Assembly (NCBI GenBank): GCA_951406725.2 | Contig: OX597833.1 | Span: 38,564,001 to 38,628,000, forward strand | Direction of reading: 5' to 3' | Source of the DNA: Octopus vulgaris | Taxonomy: Eukaryota | DNA: 64,000 nt | Shown: in pieces, positions 26,352-39,199 of the stretch | How the letters are laid out: each line of letters begins with the position of its first letter | Position numbering within the stretch: position 1 is the stretch's first letter | The notes under the pieces: model-generated | The model's input: the letters and a program-made list of their open reading frames with translations, nothing else | Databases searched by the model: none | What the model was told of the DNA's origin: nothing | Position numbers and translations under genes: made by a program

Positions 26352-26859
26352 CCGTAAATCCTCGAGTATAGTTCGCCCTTGAGTATAATACGTAGGGGAT
26401 TTTTAGGGGGCTGTACCTCTGAAAAACCTAAACCTTGTGTATAATACGCACCCCTTCTCTAACTTGAGTCGTGTGTAAATAAGCCAGCAGCACCTAGTCA
26501 AACAAACACTTCCGCGCATGCGTAATACAATAATGGTTATGTTCTTAACTGTTATATGGGAATGTAAATATGTTTGCAAATTGTTTTTGTTACATGTTAT
26601 TCTGTGTTCTGAATACTTTTATTTTAATAATGTTGCTTACTGCAAGTTATGGATGATTCTTTTATGACTTCGTTGCTTTCAGGTATTTTCGCGCCCGACA
26701 TCACAAAATGCATCTGAATAAACATTGCCGGACAGCAAATAGAGACTCGGACATTGCTTAGAAAATATTTTTCATTTTTAACCTCGTATATAGTACGCAC
26801 TGGAGATTTTGAGTATTAAAATTTGGGAAAAAATGCGGATTATACTCGAGGATTTACGG
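26352..26859. mobile_element. pogo-type MITE with TA target-site duplication
   Basis: TA|CCGTAAATCCTCGAGTATA...TATACTCGAGGATTTACGG|TA. Confidence 0.9.
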
Positions 26860-27093
26860 TACTTTATTGCTCAAGTTTTGCTCTATATTCTTCTTGAGTT
26901 TTATATTGTGCTTTAGTTACTTTTCCCTTTTACTCTCATTCACTGGCCTATATGCTGAGAAATAGACGCTAAATCGTCTCACCACTTAGATAAGTCAATT
27001 TCAGGATTTTCGTATCTCCAAATAGAGTCATAAATGGTTGTCAGAGAATTTCTATGACTTCACCAACCTCAATTTCTGGCCTCCCCCCACTAG

Positions 27094-27330
27094 TGGAGGC
27101 ACATGGCCTAGTGGTTAGAGCGGCGGACTCGCGGTCGAGGGATTGCGGGTTTTAATCTCAGACCGGGCGATGTGTGTGTTTATGCTTCGGCAGAAGGGAA
27201 TGACGAAATTCTGCTGACTCTTTCGCCACAACTTTCTCTCACTCTTAACGCCTGCATCTTGCAGCTCCCCTGCGACGGACCGGCGTCCCGTCCAGTTGGG
27301 GAACCTATACGCCAAGGAAACCGGGAAACC
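27094..27330 (+). mobile_element. tRNA-derived SINE
   Basis: GGAGGCACATGGCCTAGTGGTTAGAGC A-box head. Confidence 0.7.
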
Positions 27331-27339
27331 AGGGATGGC

Positions 27340-27692
27340 TCGAGAAGGAACTTCCAATCCCCCGATTGTAATCCCATGGTTTAGCATGTGTGGGGAACAG
27401 TTCAGAAAGACACCAGCCGTTTTTCTTGCAACACCAAGGCCGAGCTGGTGGCCAAGATCAAGAAGGTGTTCGAAGAACTTCTCAGGGACGCAATGAGGAA
27501 CGGATGCACCATGTTTCGGAGCCATCTTGAAGCCGTAGCAGGAGCTGAAGGCAGCTACTTGCGCTAAATTGTTATCTTCTAGTCATAATATAGTTGATAT
27601 TTTATGATTCTTCAAAAATACTTCAGTTTTTGGATGAGATATCATGATTTGTTTTCCTTCTATGCAATTGTCAAAATTTACCCTGGGCACCA

Positions 27693-27694
<2 letters not shown>
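27340..27694 (+). mobile_element. Tc1/mariner-superfamily transposase 3' fragment
   Basis: SPDCNP..VWG...FRSHLEAVAGAEG; ends in a TIR-like sequence at a TA repeat. Confidence 0.7.
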
Positions 27695-28215
<521 letters not shown>

Positions 28216-28302
28216 AAAACTTTGAACAATAAGGTAGTAAGAATTATTGAAGGAGACAGAAATTAACCCCATTAAAAAAACATTAAAGTATCATTTACTT
28301 AC

Positions 28303-28398
28303 AGAGAACTTTTTTTTTACATTGGCAATAGTGCCTTATGAAAATTTGCAGCAGTTACTCCACCCTTGAAGCTATGACGAACCCCAATGCTACGCGAC
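28303..28398 (-). pseudogene. Decayed 3' part of a further exon-1 copy, truncated at a Penelope element
   Basis: tttacttacagagaact...acattggcaatagtgcc...aaaatttgcagcag...gctatgacgaaccccaatgctacgcga aligns with the exon-1 3' end and donor. Confidence 0.7.
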
Positions 28399-28399
28399 A

Positions 28400-30600
28400 G
28401 TTAGCCAGCAGTCTAGGTAGAAGTATTAGCTAAAAGGAATGTCCCTATCAGCATCAAGGACCATAAACCAAACTTTGCCTCTAACTCCAAGTGCAGCTTG
28501 ATCAACCCGGCCAAATCGTAGTTCGGTTCTGGCGAGTAAACATATGCTAATGAAAATCATTGACAATACAGGGGTGGGGGCTTCCAATCTCTCCTTATGG
28601 CATAGTATCAATGAAGTCATTTCATGATTTTAAACCAACCACGTAAAGGCAGGACAAGGTTCACCCAATTCGACATGGTCGATTTTTACCTGTCTATCTT
28701 GAAAGGGTAGCTGATCAAGGCACTTACTTTCGCTAGGTGCTTTACTGACATTAGCAATGCAGACATTAACGCAGTTATACATGCCAGAAAAAACGCCGTT
28801 GTTTAATAAAAGTTCAATCTGTGTCAAGCATACTGACCCACTGGGCTCTTTTTGATGTAGTGATGGGAGCCTACGACAGCGCTGACATCTGCGACCTTAT
28901 ATGACTGTATATATTAAATATATTAAAGGGTTTCTCATCAGTTCTTTTTCGTCTCTACAGAGATGACGCTCTGGCCATCACTTGAGGAGCTAACGAGCAT
29001 ACTCTCGATAGGCTTGGAAAGGACCTAATTAGCACCCTTAGCTCTATGGGCTCAAGATAACAAACGCAATCAACTTCACCAGTGTAAACTTTTAAGACGT
29101 TACGTTAGATCTGAACTTCTGTTCTTATAGACCTAACCGTAAATTAACGAGCTGACCTACATCAACACAGCTTCCAGCCATCCGTCTATTGTGTTCAGGA
29201 ACCTAGTGAAGCGTGTCAGCAAGAGAATCTCGAACCTGACATCAAGTTAAGAAATTTTCAACGCTGCGGCCCCTTATTACAACGAGGCTCTGGCATCCAG
29301 GGAGTTTAAGGAAAGCATCTCCTATATGCCCTGACACCCCAAAAAGGAAGCAACCACCGTAATGTCGTTTGGTTTTCCCCACCCTTCTTTGTTAATGTTA
29401 AAACTTGCGGGGGAAGAATTTCCTTTAGATTGGTGGACAAACACTGCACACAGTCACACAGATACGGACGTTTGTTTAATAGGTACAACTTAAGGGCTTC
29501 TTTCAGTTCCGCGCCGAACATTAAGAAAATTTTATGAGCACCTCTAAGCCGCAAGCAGAGGCAGGATGTTCATGTAGGGTATACAATGACTGGCCAGTGA
29601 CAGTGTGTGTGTGTGTGTGTGTGTGTATGGGGGGGGGGGTTCGATATGAAACCGAGGGGGTTGTGTATAAGGCTAAGGTGGTAGCCAGCACTAACAGTCA
29701 GAGTAACAGTCTAAGCAGCAACGACACATCCACCGACAACAACAGCAACGAATCCAATGATAGCAGTAGTAGAGCATCAAGCAGCAGGGACAACAATACC
29801 AACAGTTACGGTAGCAGCAGTAACACTAACATTACAACTGGAAATGGTTGCTACACCAGTAGCGACGGAATCATCAGAATCACGTCCAGAAATATCACCG
29901 GCAGCAACAACAGCAATGACATCAGACCCGGAGTTAACGAAAGAAACGTCAGCGGTGGTAGCACATCCAGTACACAGACACGAAAATATGTCGGTTCAAC
30001 CGTGCTCCTGATTAAGCAACGTCTGAACAACTACAAGTCCTATTTTAGGATATCAGAAAGGTGCAACATTATTCTCTGGCGTGTCACGTATGGCACTTAA
30101 AAGAGGAAGGAACTAACTACATAGATAATTAAATGGAAGCTCCTTGAACAACTGGGGTCTTATATAAATGGGAGCAAACGATGTAAGATGTTCTTGAATG
30201 AGGGAGCAAGAATCCTATAATACTCACTCGATCCGAGGACCTTTTTAAACTCCAGGAAAGAAATATTTAGTCAATGCCCACATCTACAACGTTTCCAACT
30301 ACGAACGTGAAATTCCACACCGCCGCAACTTCTTCGAATATCACCACGGCTGAAGGCGATGTAAGGGAGATAACCCAGTCCAGTCTGACAAATATTTTTG
30401 GTTTACAAAACTAACTGGCCTTGACATATTTATTTCTCCAATTGTAGAGAGGTTATGTGTTTTCTGCCACGTGATTCTGATGAGTTGCTATGCAGCTAAG
30501 CGCTTTACAGGTGCGAAACCGATGGTCACTCTATGACCGTCCATAACATTAAACTTCCTAAAATATGTATCACTTCTCTAATGCTTTAGAGTGTGCTTCT
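28400..30600 (+). mobile_element. Decayed Penelope-like element (RT, GIY-YIG, pLTR)
   Basis: KDHKPNF..C.LINPAKS, FDV.MGAYDSADICDL, LYRDDAL, VWFSPPF, GVVYKAKV and YVGST motifs; hammerhead-like core at the 3' end. Confidence 0.85.
30471..30531 (+). ncRNA. Putative type I hammerhead ribozyme variant in the Penelope pLTR
   Basis: CTGATGA, hairpins, GAAA, then CCGATG and GTC; located where PLE hammerheads typically occur. Stem I imperfect. Confidence 0.5.
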
Positions 30601-30623
30601 TTTTCGGATATGTGAACTACTGA

Positions 30624-30682
<59 letters not shown>

Positions 30683-30902
30683 GAGAGAGAGAGAGAGAGA
30701 GAGAGAAAGAAGAGAGAGAGAGAGAATGAAAGATTCACACACACACGTATATATATTTATCGCCACAAATCCTGTGTTTGCAGTATTGTGGCTGGATTTT
30801 TACGTTTTGATGCACAGGGCCCAGTTTTATGGAAAATTTTGACGCCGATGTACTATACAAGTTTGTTGCAAAACTCCACAGCATTTTTATAGACATGCAT
30901 AA

Positions 30903-31105
30903 TCCTTTCTACCATAGGCACAAGGCCTGAAATTTTGGGGGAGGGACAAATCAATTACATCGACCCCATTTCGACTGTTACATTATCTCGAAAGGATGAA
31001 ATGCAAAGTTGACCTCGGTAGAATTTGAATCCAGAAGGTAGAAACGAACGAAATGCCGCTAACCATTTTTCCTGGCATGCTACCGATTCTACCAGCTCGC
31101 CGTCT
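30903..31105 (-). mobile_element. SINE family 1
   Basis: Consensus match on the minus strand. Confidence 0.75.
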
Positions 31106-31211
31106 TTATAGACATAAATAATAAAAGAAATTAAGAATCTTTAAAAGATAGACAAATTTTATCATATAATAGGCACTTATGCATGCACTTCAGGCATTAC
31201 AATTCTGATAA

Positions 31212-32016
31212 AGCGGCGAGCTGGCAAAACCGTTAGTACGTCGGGCGAAATGCTTAGCGGTATTTCGTCTGCCGTTACGTTGTGAGTTCAAATTCCGCCG
31301 AGGTCGACTTTACCTTTCATCCTTTCGGGGTCGATAAATTAAGTACCAGTTACGCACTGGGGTCCATGTAATCGACTTAATACCTATGTCTGTCCTTGTT
31401 TGTCCCTTCTATGTTTAGCCCCTTGTGGGTAATAAAGAAATAGGTATTTCGTCGGGCGAAATGCTTAGTGGTACGTTCTGAGTTCAAATTCCACCGAGGT
31501 CGACTTTGCCTTTCATCCTTTCGGGGTCGATAAATTAAGTACCAGTTAAGCACTGGGGTTGATATAATCGACTTAATCCGTTTGTCTGTCCTTGTTTGTC
31601 CCTTCTGTGTTTAGCCCCTTGTGGGTAGTAAAGAAATAGGTATTTCGTCTGCTGTTACGTTCTGAGTTCAAATTCCACCGAGGTCGACTTTGCCTTTCAT
31701 CCTTTCGATAAATTAAGTACCAGTTACGCACTGGTGTCGATGTAATTGACTGAATCCCTTTGACTGTCCTTGTTTGTCCCCTCTATGTTTAGCCCTTGTG
31801 GGCAATAAAGAAATAAGAAACGTTAGCATGCCAAGCAAAATGCCTAGCGGTGATTCGTCTGTCTTTATATTCTGAGTTCAAATTCCGTCGAGGTCAACTT
31901 TGCCTTTCATCCTTTCGGGGTCGATAAATTAAGTCACCAGTTGCAAACTGGGGTTGATCAATCGACTGCCCACCCCACCAAAAAAAATTTCGGGCCTTGT
32001 GCCTAGAGTAGAAAAG
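31212..32016 (+). repeat. Head-to-tail multimer of four SINE family 1 units
   Basis: Four repeats of gagttcaaattcc..gaggtcgactttgcctttcatcctttcg at a spacing of ~180-200 bp. Confidence 0.85.
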
Positions 32017-32324
32017 GTTATCATTTTACGAGAGAAAAGTTGATTTAAAATAAAAGTTTGGGAACAACTATTTTCCCGAGATTTAGCCGTTATTCAAGCA
32101 AACTATATTGAGCCATACCCTCCTTTCGTCTTCTGATTCAACCAGCATCTACACAATGAGAAAACGAGCAGTTGAGTTAAAAGAAAAAACAACAACATTG
32201 AAATGTTATTATGGAGCCGAGGTGAGTATTCCAAAATGTGGGAAGGAAATTTGGAGAAAATTGAAATAAATTAATAAATAAAATAGAAAAAAATACAAAT
32301 CTTGAAAATAATTTAATTTTCAGA

Positions 32325-32705
32325 CTCTTTTACTCTTTTACTTGTTTCAGTCATTTAACTGTGGCCATGCTGAAGCACCGCCTTTAGTCAAGTAAATTGA
32401 CCCCATGACTTATTCTTTGTAAGCCTGGTACTTATTCTATCGGTCTCTTTTGCTGAACCACTAAGTTACGGGGACGTAAACACACCAGCATCGGTTGTCA
32501 AGACACACAAAAACATACATATATATATATATACATATATACGACGGGCTTCTTTCAGTTTCCGTCTACCAAATCCACTCACAAGGCTTTAGTCGGCTCG
32601 AGACTATTGTAGAAGACACTTGCCCAAGGTGCCATGCAGTGGGACTGAACCCGGAACCATGTAGTTCTTAAGCAAGCTACTTACCACACAGCTACTCTTA
32701 CGCCT
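32325..32705 (-). mobile_element. SINE family 2 (second copy at ~35475-35855 in the duplication)
   Basis: tRNA head GGCGTAAGAGTAGCTGTGTGG...GGGTTCAGTCCC, (TA)n centre and GTAAAA-repeat tail. Confidence 0.85.
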
Positions 32706-32982
32706 AGACTCGTAATTTCTGAATTATTCCAGGCGGAATTCATAAGAAAAAAGTGAATTAAAAAATAATTTATTGTGAAATTAACAAACAAAAGAAAACC
32801 CCAAGAAAGAAGGAAAAAAATCATTCATTATTAACTTTATTTCAGTGATTAATTGATTTTTATTGATGTTGTCGATGTTGTCATTGGCTACGTTGCCGTC
32901 TTTGTTGTTGTTATTCGTCTTCTTTATTGTATTTAAAACCATCATTATGTAGGTGTTCCTAGTTGATCAAGATTTTCTGATT

Positions 32983-33236
32983 CTAATCTAGCTTCACCTC
33001 AGACAACATTGGCACTCCACGGAGACCTAGCTCCATGTTTTTGAAAGCTGTCTCGCGTAATTCTTTCATCGCCTCAGTTGTGTTTGTGGCACAGTGTGGT
33101 GTAATGATAACATTTGGGAAGTTGTAAAGCTTGTGGTCTACTGGCAAGGGTTCGGGTGTAGTGACGTCCAGGGCGGCTCCTGCAATCCTTCCTGATTCCA
33201 ATGCATCAACAAGAGCACTTTGGTCAATGATGTCTC
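32983..33236 (-). CDS. Extra exon 4 of copy C inside the gap-flanking duplication (possibly artefactual or allelic)
   Basis: 254 bp, nearly identical to 36133-36386 (ESGRI vs ESRRI). Confidence 0.55.
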
Positions 33237-34748
33237 CTAAATAAAAAAATAAAAAACAAAGAAAAAAAAACAAAGTTAGTAAAAGAAATATATGACCCTC
33301 CGCAAAATCCCAGATCATATTTAATTGGCTTTGCGGGAGCCACTCTTTTATCGAAGGCGTATCTTGTTGTGAATTGCTCGAAATACAGATTAGAAAAACA
33401 GTCGACAACTGACGAAGAGTCGTTCTTTGTGTTTTTTGTTTTGTTTTCCATTTGTTTGTTTCGTTGTTCGCAAAAAAAGTTCATATTCCATGTCCTCGTA
33501 CTTCGTATATTTTGTTGCTTACGTTTTGTGATGTCCTGTGCCCACATACGCATATATATATACGTATACATGTAAGTATGTACGTATATATATGTATGTA
33601 TATATGCATATATATACATATTATTTATATTATTATATATACACACACTCTGTTTTCTTTATTGTAAAAAATATTCCTTGAATATTTATTGTGCGACTCT
33701 TACTCTATCTCTTTCTATCTCTACTCTTACTCTTATCTCTCTTTGTCCTTGCTTGCTTCCATTGTACCTTTCTTTTCGTTCTCTCCCCATCTCTCTCTGC
33801 CTCTCTCTTTTTCCTTAGTCCCTCCGACCTCTCCAACACTTCCTTTCTCCAACCACGTGATTGGTGTCCAGCCAAAGCGGTGCTGTTTTTTTCGGCCTGC
33901 CTCTGATCATACTAGTCATGCTTGTCTGGGCTCCTGCTATGTCCCCTACGACTTTCTCCATTTCATCTTTGCGCCATCCCACTACCTCTGTTCGGTAGAT
34001 GAAAGGCTCATGTTGTATTTGTGGTATATGTATTATTATTCTTTTTCTTCTGTTGTATAACCGAAAGGCTTCGTTCTGTTATATCTGCATAATTCTTTTT
34101 CTGTTGTATTCATATTTTTTGTTGTATATGTACTATCATTTCAGTTTGTCGTATTTTTGTCTGTCCTTATATACACTCGCCAGCGGGCTTATTAAAAAAT
34201 AAATAGAGTGACAGAAGAAGTATTAATAGCAGAAGGTAAAACATTCGCCACAGAAGCAGTATTATTTACCAGAAGGTAAAATATTTGCTACTTAAAAGTG
34301 CAATATTGTCTGCCGCTAGTGATAGCTATGATGAGATTTTATGCACCAAAACCATTTGAGAGATACCTTACTAGCATATATTTCCACAGTCTCTCAGCCA
34401 CATGCAGCTGCAGGTATGCTGACTTCAAATCGACGATTGTGGAGGCCTCCGTCATTTGACACCACTCTCTCAAGGTTTCGCAGCAAATGTCTGTAGATTC
34501 GCCGCCCGTATGGCACAATATATGGTTGTTCAGCTCTCGGAAATCTAATACTGGTCTGACTTTATGCTTCATCGGCTGCACCACTGCTATCAGTGGTAGC
34601 ACTCTATTCTCCACTTCCTCCTTCCAAGAGATCATAATGCCTTCCTTGATCCACCGTTCCACCTCTCCCTCGAACTCACTTCTGGCATCCCCTTTCAGGG
34701 TATGATGATAGCAGCCTACTGCGTTTTCAATGTTGGAGGATCTCTCTT

Positions 34749-34848
34749 NNNNNNNNNNNNNNNNNNNNNNNNNNNNNNNNNNNNNNNNNNNNNNNNNNNN
34801 NNNNNNNNNNNNNNNNNNNNNNNNNNNNNNNNNNNNNNNNNNNNNNNN
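34749..34848. other. Assembly gap (100 N)
   Basis: Run of exactly 100 n. Confidence 1.
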
Positions 34849-36132
34849 TCCTTTCGATAAATTAAGTACCAGTTACGCACTGGTGTCGATGTAATTGACT
34901 GAATCCCTTTGACTGTCCTTGTTTGTCCCCTCTATGTTTAGCCCTTGTGGGCAATAAAGAAATAAGAAACGTTAGCATGCCAAGCAAAATGCCTAGCGGT
35001 GATTCGTCTGTCTTTATATTCTGAGTTCAAATTCCGTCGAGGTCAACTTTGCCTTTCATCCTTCGGGGTCGATAAATTAAGTCACCAGTTGCAAACTGGG
35101 GTTGATCCAATCGACTGCCCACCCCACCAAAAAAAATTTCGGGCCTTGTGCCTAGAGTAGAAAAGGTTATCATTTTACGAGAGAAAAGTTGATTTAAAAT
35201 AAAAGTTTGGGAACAACTATTTTCCCGAGATTTAGCCGTTATTCAAGCAAACTATATTGAGCCCCACCCTCCTTTCGTCTTCTGATTCAACCAGCATCTA
35301 CACAATGAGAAAACGAGCAGTTGAGTTAAAAGAAAAAACAACAACATTGAAATGTTATTATGGAGCCGAGGTGAGTATTCCAAAATGTGGGAAGGAAATT
35401 TGGAGAAAATTGAAATAAATTAATAAATAAAATAGAAAAAAATACAAATCTTGAAAATAATTTAATTTTCAGACTCTTTTACTCTTTTACTTGTTTCAGT
35501 CATTTAACTGTGGCCATGCTGAAGCACCGCCTTTAGTCAAGTAAATTGACCCCATGACTTATTCTTTGTAAGCCTGGTACTTATTCTATCGGTCTCTTTT
35601 GCTGAACCACTAAGTTACGGGGACGTAAACACACCAGCATCGGTTGTCAAGACACACAAAAACATACATATATATATATATACATATATACGACGGGCTT
35701 CTTTCAGTTTCCGTCTACCAAATCCACTCACAAGGCTTTAGTCGGCTCGAGACTATTGTAGAAGACACTTGCCCAAGGTGCCATGCAGTGGGACTGAACC
35801 CGGAACCATGTAGTTCTTAAGCAAGCTACTTACCACACAGCTACTCTTACGCCTAGACTCGTAATTTCTGAATTATTCCAGGCGGAATTCATAAGAAAAA
35901 AGTGAATTAAAAAATAATTTATTGTGAAATTAACAAACAAAAGAAAACCCCAAGAAAGAAGGAAAAAAATCATTCATTATTAACTTTATTTCAGTGATTA
36001 ATTGATTTTTATTGATGTTGTCGATGTTGTCATTGGCTACGTTGCCGTCTTTGTTGTTGTTATTCGTCTTCTTTATTGTATTTAAAACCATCATTATGTA
36101 GGTGTTCCTAGTTGATCAAGATTTTTCTGATT

Positions 36133-36386
36133 CTAATCTAGCTTCACCTCAGACAACATTGGCACTCCACGGAGACCTAGCTCCATGTTTTTGAAAGCTG
36201 TCTCGCGTAATTCTTTCATCGCCTCAGTTGTGTTTGTGGCACAGTGTGGTGTAATGATAACATTTGGGAAGTTGTAAAGCTTGTGGTCTACTGGCAAGGG
36301 TTCGGGTGTAGTGACGTCCAGGGCGGCTCCTGCAATCCTTCTTGATTCCAATGCATCCACAAGAGCACTTTGGTCAATGATGTCTC
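36133..36386 (-). CDS. 2-hydroxyacid dehydrogenase copy C, exon 4
   Basis: 254 bp, TAG acceptor. LDVTTPEPL and ITPHCATN motifs; ends EVKLD*. Confidence 0.85.
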
Positions 36387-37489
36387 CTAAATAAAAAAAT
36401 AAAAAACAAAGAAAAAAAAAACAAAGTTAGTAAAAGAAATATATGACCCTCCGCAAAATCCCAGATCATATTTAATTGGCTTTGCGGGAGCCACTCTTTT
36501 ATCGAAGGCGTATCTTGTTGTGAATTGCTCGAAATACAGATTAGAAAAACAGTCGACAACTGACGAAGAGTCGTTCTTTGTGTTTTTTGTTTTGTTTTCC
36601 ATTTGTTTGTTTCGTTGTTCGCAAAAAAAGTTCATATTCCATGTCCTCGTACTTCGTATATTTTGTTGCTTACGTTTTGTGATGTCCTGTGCCCACATAC
36701 GCATATATATATACGTATACATGTAAGTATGTACGTATATATATGTATGTATATATGCATATATATACATATTATTTATATTATTATATATACACACACT
36801 CTGTTTTCTTTATTGTAAAAAATATTCCTTGAATATTTATTGTGCGACTCTTACTCTATCTCTTTCTATCTCTACTCTTACTCTTATCTCTCTTTGTCCT
36901 TGCTTGCTTCCATTGTACCTTTCTTTTCGTTCTCTCCCCATCTCTCTCTGCCTCTCTCTTTTTCCTTAGTCCCTCCGACCTCTCCAACACTTCCTTTCTC
37001 CAACCACGTGATTGGTGTCCAGCCAAAGCGGTGCTGTTTTTTTCGGCCTGCCTCTGATCATACTAGTCATGCTTGTCTGGGCTCCTGCTATGTCCCCTAC
37101 GACTTTCTCCATTTCATCTTTGCGCCATCCCACTACCTCTGTTCGGTAGATGAAAGGCTCATGTTGTATTTGTGGTATATGTATTATTATTCTTTTTCTT
37201 CTGTTGTATAACCGAAAGGCTTCGTTCTGTTATATCTGCATAATTCTTTTTCTGTTGTATTCATATTTTTTGTTGTATATGTACTATCATTTCAGTTTGT
37301 CGTATTTTTGTCTGTCCTTATATACACTCGCCAGCGGGCTTATTAAAAAATAAATAGAGTGACAGAAGAAGTATTAATAGCAGAAGGTAAAACATTCGCC
37401 ACAGAAGCAGTATTATTTACCAGAAGGTAAAATATTTGCTACTTAAAAGTGCAATATTGTCTGCCGCTAGTGATAGCTATGATGAGATT

Positions 37490-38857
37490 TTATGCACCAA
37501 AACCATTTGAGAGATACCTTACTAGCATATATTTCCACAGTCTCTCAGCCACATGCAGCTGCAGGTATGCTGACTTCAAATCGACGATTGTGGAGGCCTC
37601 CGTCATTTGACACCACTCTCTCAAGGTTTCGCAGCAAATGTCTGTAGATTCGCCGCCCGTATGGCACAATATATGGTTGTTCAGCTCTCGGAAATCTAAT
37701 ACTGGTCTGACTTTATGCTTCATCGGCTGCACCACTGCTATCAGTGGTAGCACTCTATTCTCCACTTCCTCCTTCCAAGAGATCATAATGCCTTCCTTGA
37801 TCCACCGTTCCACCTCTCCCTCGAACTCACTTCTGGCATCCCATTTCAGGGTATGATGATAGCAGCCTACTGCGTTTTCAATGTTGGAGGATCTCTCTTC
37901 CAGTACCATTCCACTGTCCACTGCCAGCCGTCGAACACAGCCCGAAAATCCCTGTAAGCAATGGTGTGTGCAGCATATCTTTCTTCGCAGCTTTCACCAC
38001 TCTCCTGTCGCGGACTCACGGCGCATAACGCCTCTGCATCACTGAACACTACACCGGCTTCATTGACCGTGACACCTCCCAAACGGACAATGATGTCCAT
38101 CCCCATCACCACATCAACTCCGTCCACCACGCGGTCGATCGTGATCGCGCACAACCTTAATCTCGTTCCGCGTACCACCATCTCCACATCGCTACTCCCT
38201 CTGCATTCAACTTCCATACTGTCAACAGCCCTTATATGACTCACTCCACTCCATTTTCCCACCACCTCCGGAGTCATTAGGGTTGTTGAGCTGCCCGTGT
38301 CCACGAGGGCTCGTGAGACCTTTCTGTTCACCACAATATCTATTACTGGCAACGACTGTATACGCGCCTCTATTCTTTCGTGGGGACAACTACCAGCGCA
38401 GTAGTCTCCTTTAGACCATTTCCCTGAACGCATTCACTAGCAATGTGACCTGTTTGTCTGCATCGATAGCAAATTACTCCAGGCCTGGGTTCCTTGCAGT
38501 TTCTCACCATGTGCGAACCCTGACACCGAAAACACTGCCCTTTGAAGGGTCACACACGTTTCTTATTCGACACCTCTCCACCGCTCTTTGTCTGACTCCT
38601 TCTCGTTGTTGCAGTCGCTGCTAAAGGTGTCGTCCTGAAACATGAGACAATGCCTCTGGCCTGAGATATTACCTTTTCCATCGCCATGGAGTGAATATTC
38701 GGAAGCTTTTGCAGTTCGACCGAACCGTGGTAAGGAAATCCTGTCACAAACGCTAATTTAACTGTTTGTTCCAACGTGTCCTTCCTGTATCCCACAAGTC
38801 TGGCCAATCTCCTGATTTCGTTGGCAAATACATAGATCGGTTCACCCGTTCACTTTG
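37490..38857 (-). mobile_element. Gypsy gag-protease-RT remnant (partial duplicate at 34339-34748)
   Basis: CFRCQGSH and CYRCRQTGH..C zinc knuckles, ALVDTGS protease, KVRPVLDFRELN and IVDLKSAYLQ RT motifs. Confidence 0.9.
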
Positions 38858-39199
38858 CTTTCATATTTTACTGTTCAATTTATACATTCCCAACAAGCCC
38901 GACCATTAGTGAATACAAATACCATTTATGTTTTCAAAATAATTTACCCAATCAAATTAAAACAGGCTTATTCATCAAATTGGATTATATCAAATCATAT
39001 ATCAGACGTTCCATTACAATTTTATTTCAGTCTTGATCACAACTGTCCGACGAATGAGACCATGAAATTCTGAGTAACAGTTTTTGTGATGTTTTTTAGC
39101 AGCTTTAATAAAAAATAGTACTCGAATACTAGAGGTATTCGAGTACTATTTTTTCCACCTTGATTTGAATTTATGTGCATGCTTGTGTATATATATAAG

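Larger units (their letters stand above)
31700..37899. repeat. ~3.05-kb direct duplication (31700-34748 / 34849-37899) flanking an assembly gap
   Basis: About ten differences seen by eye; both copies end exactly at the N run. Confidence 0.9.
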
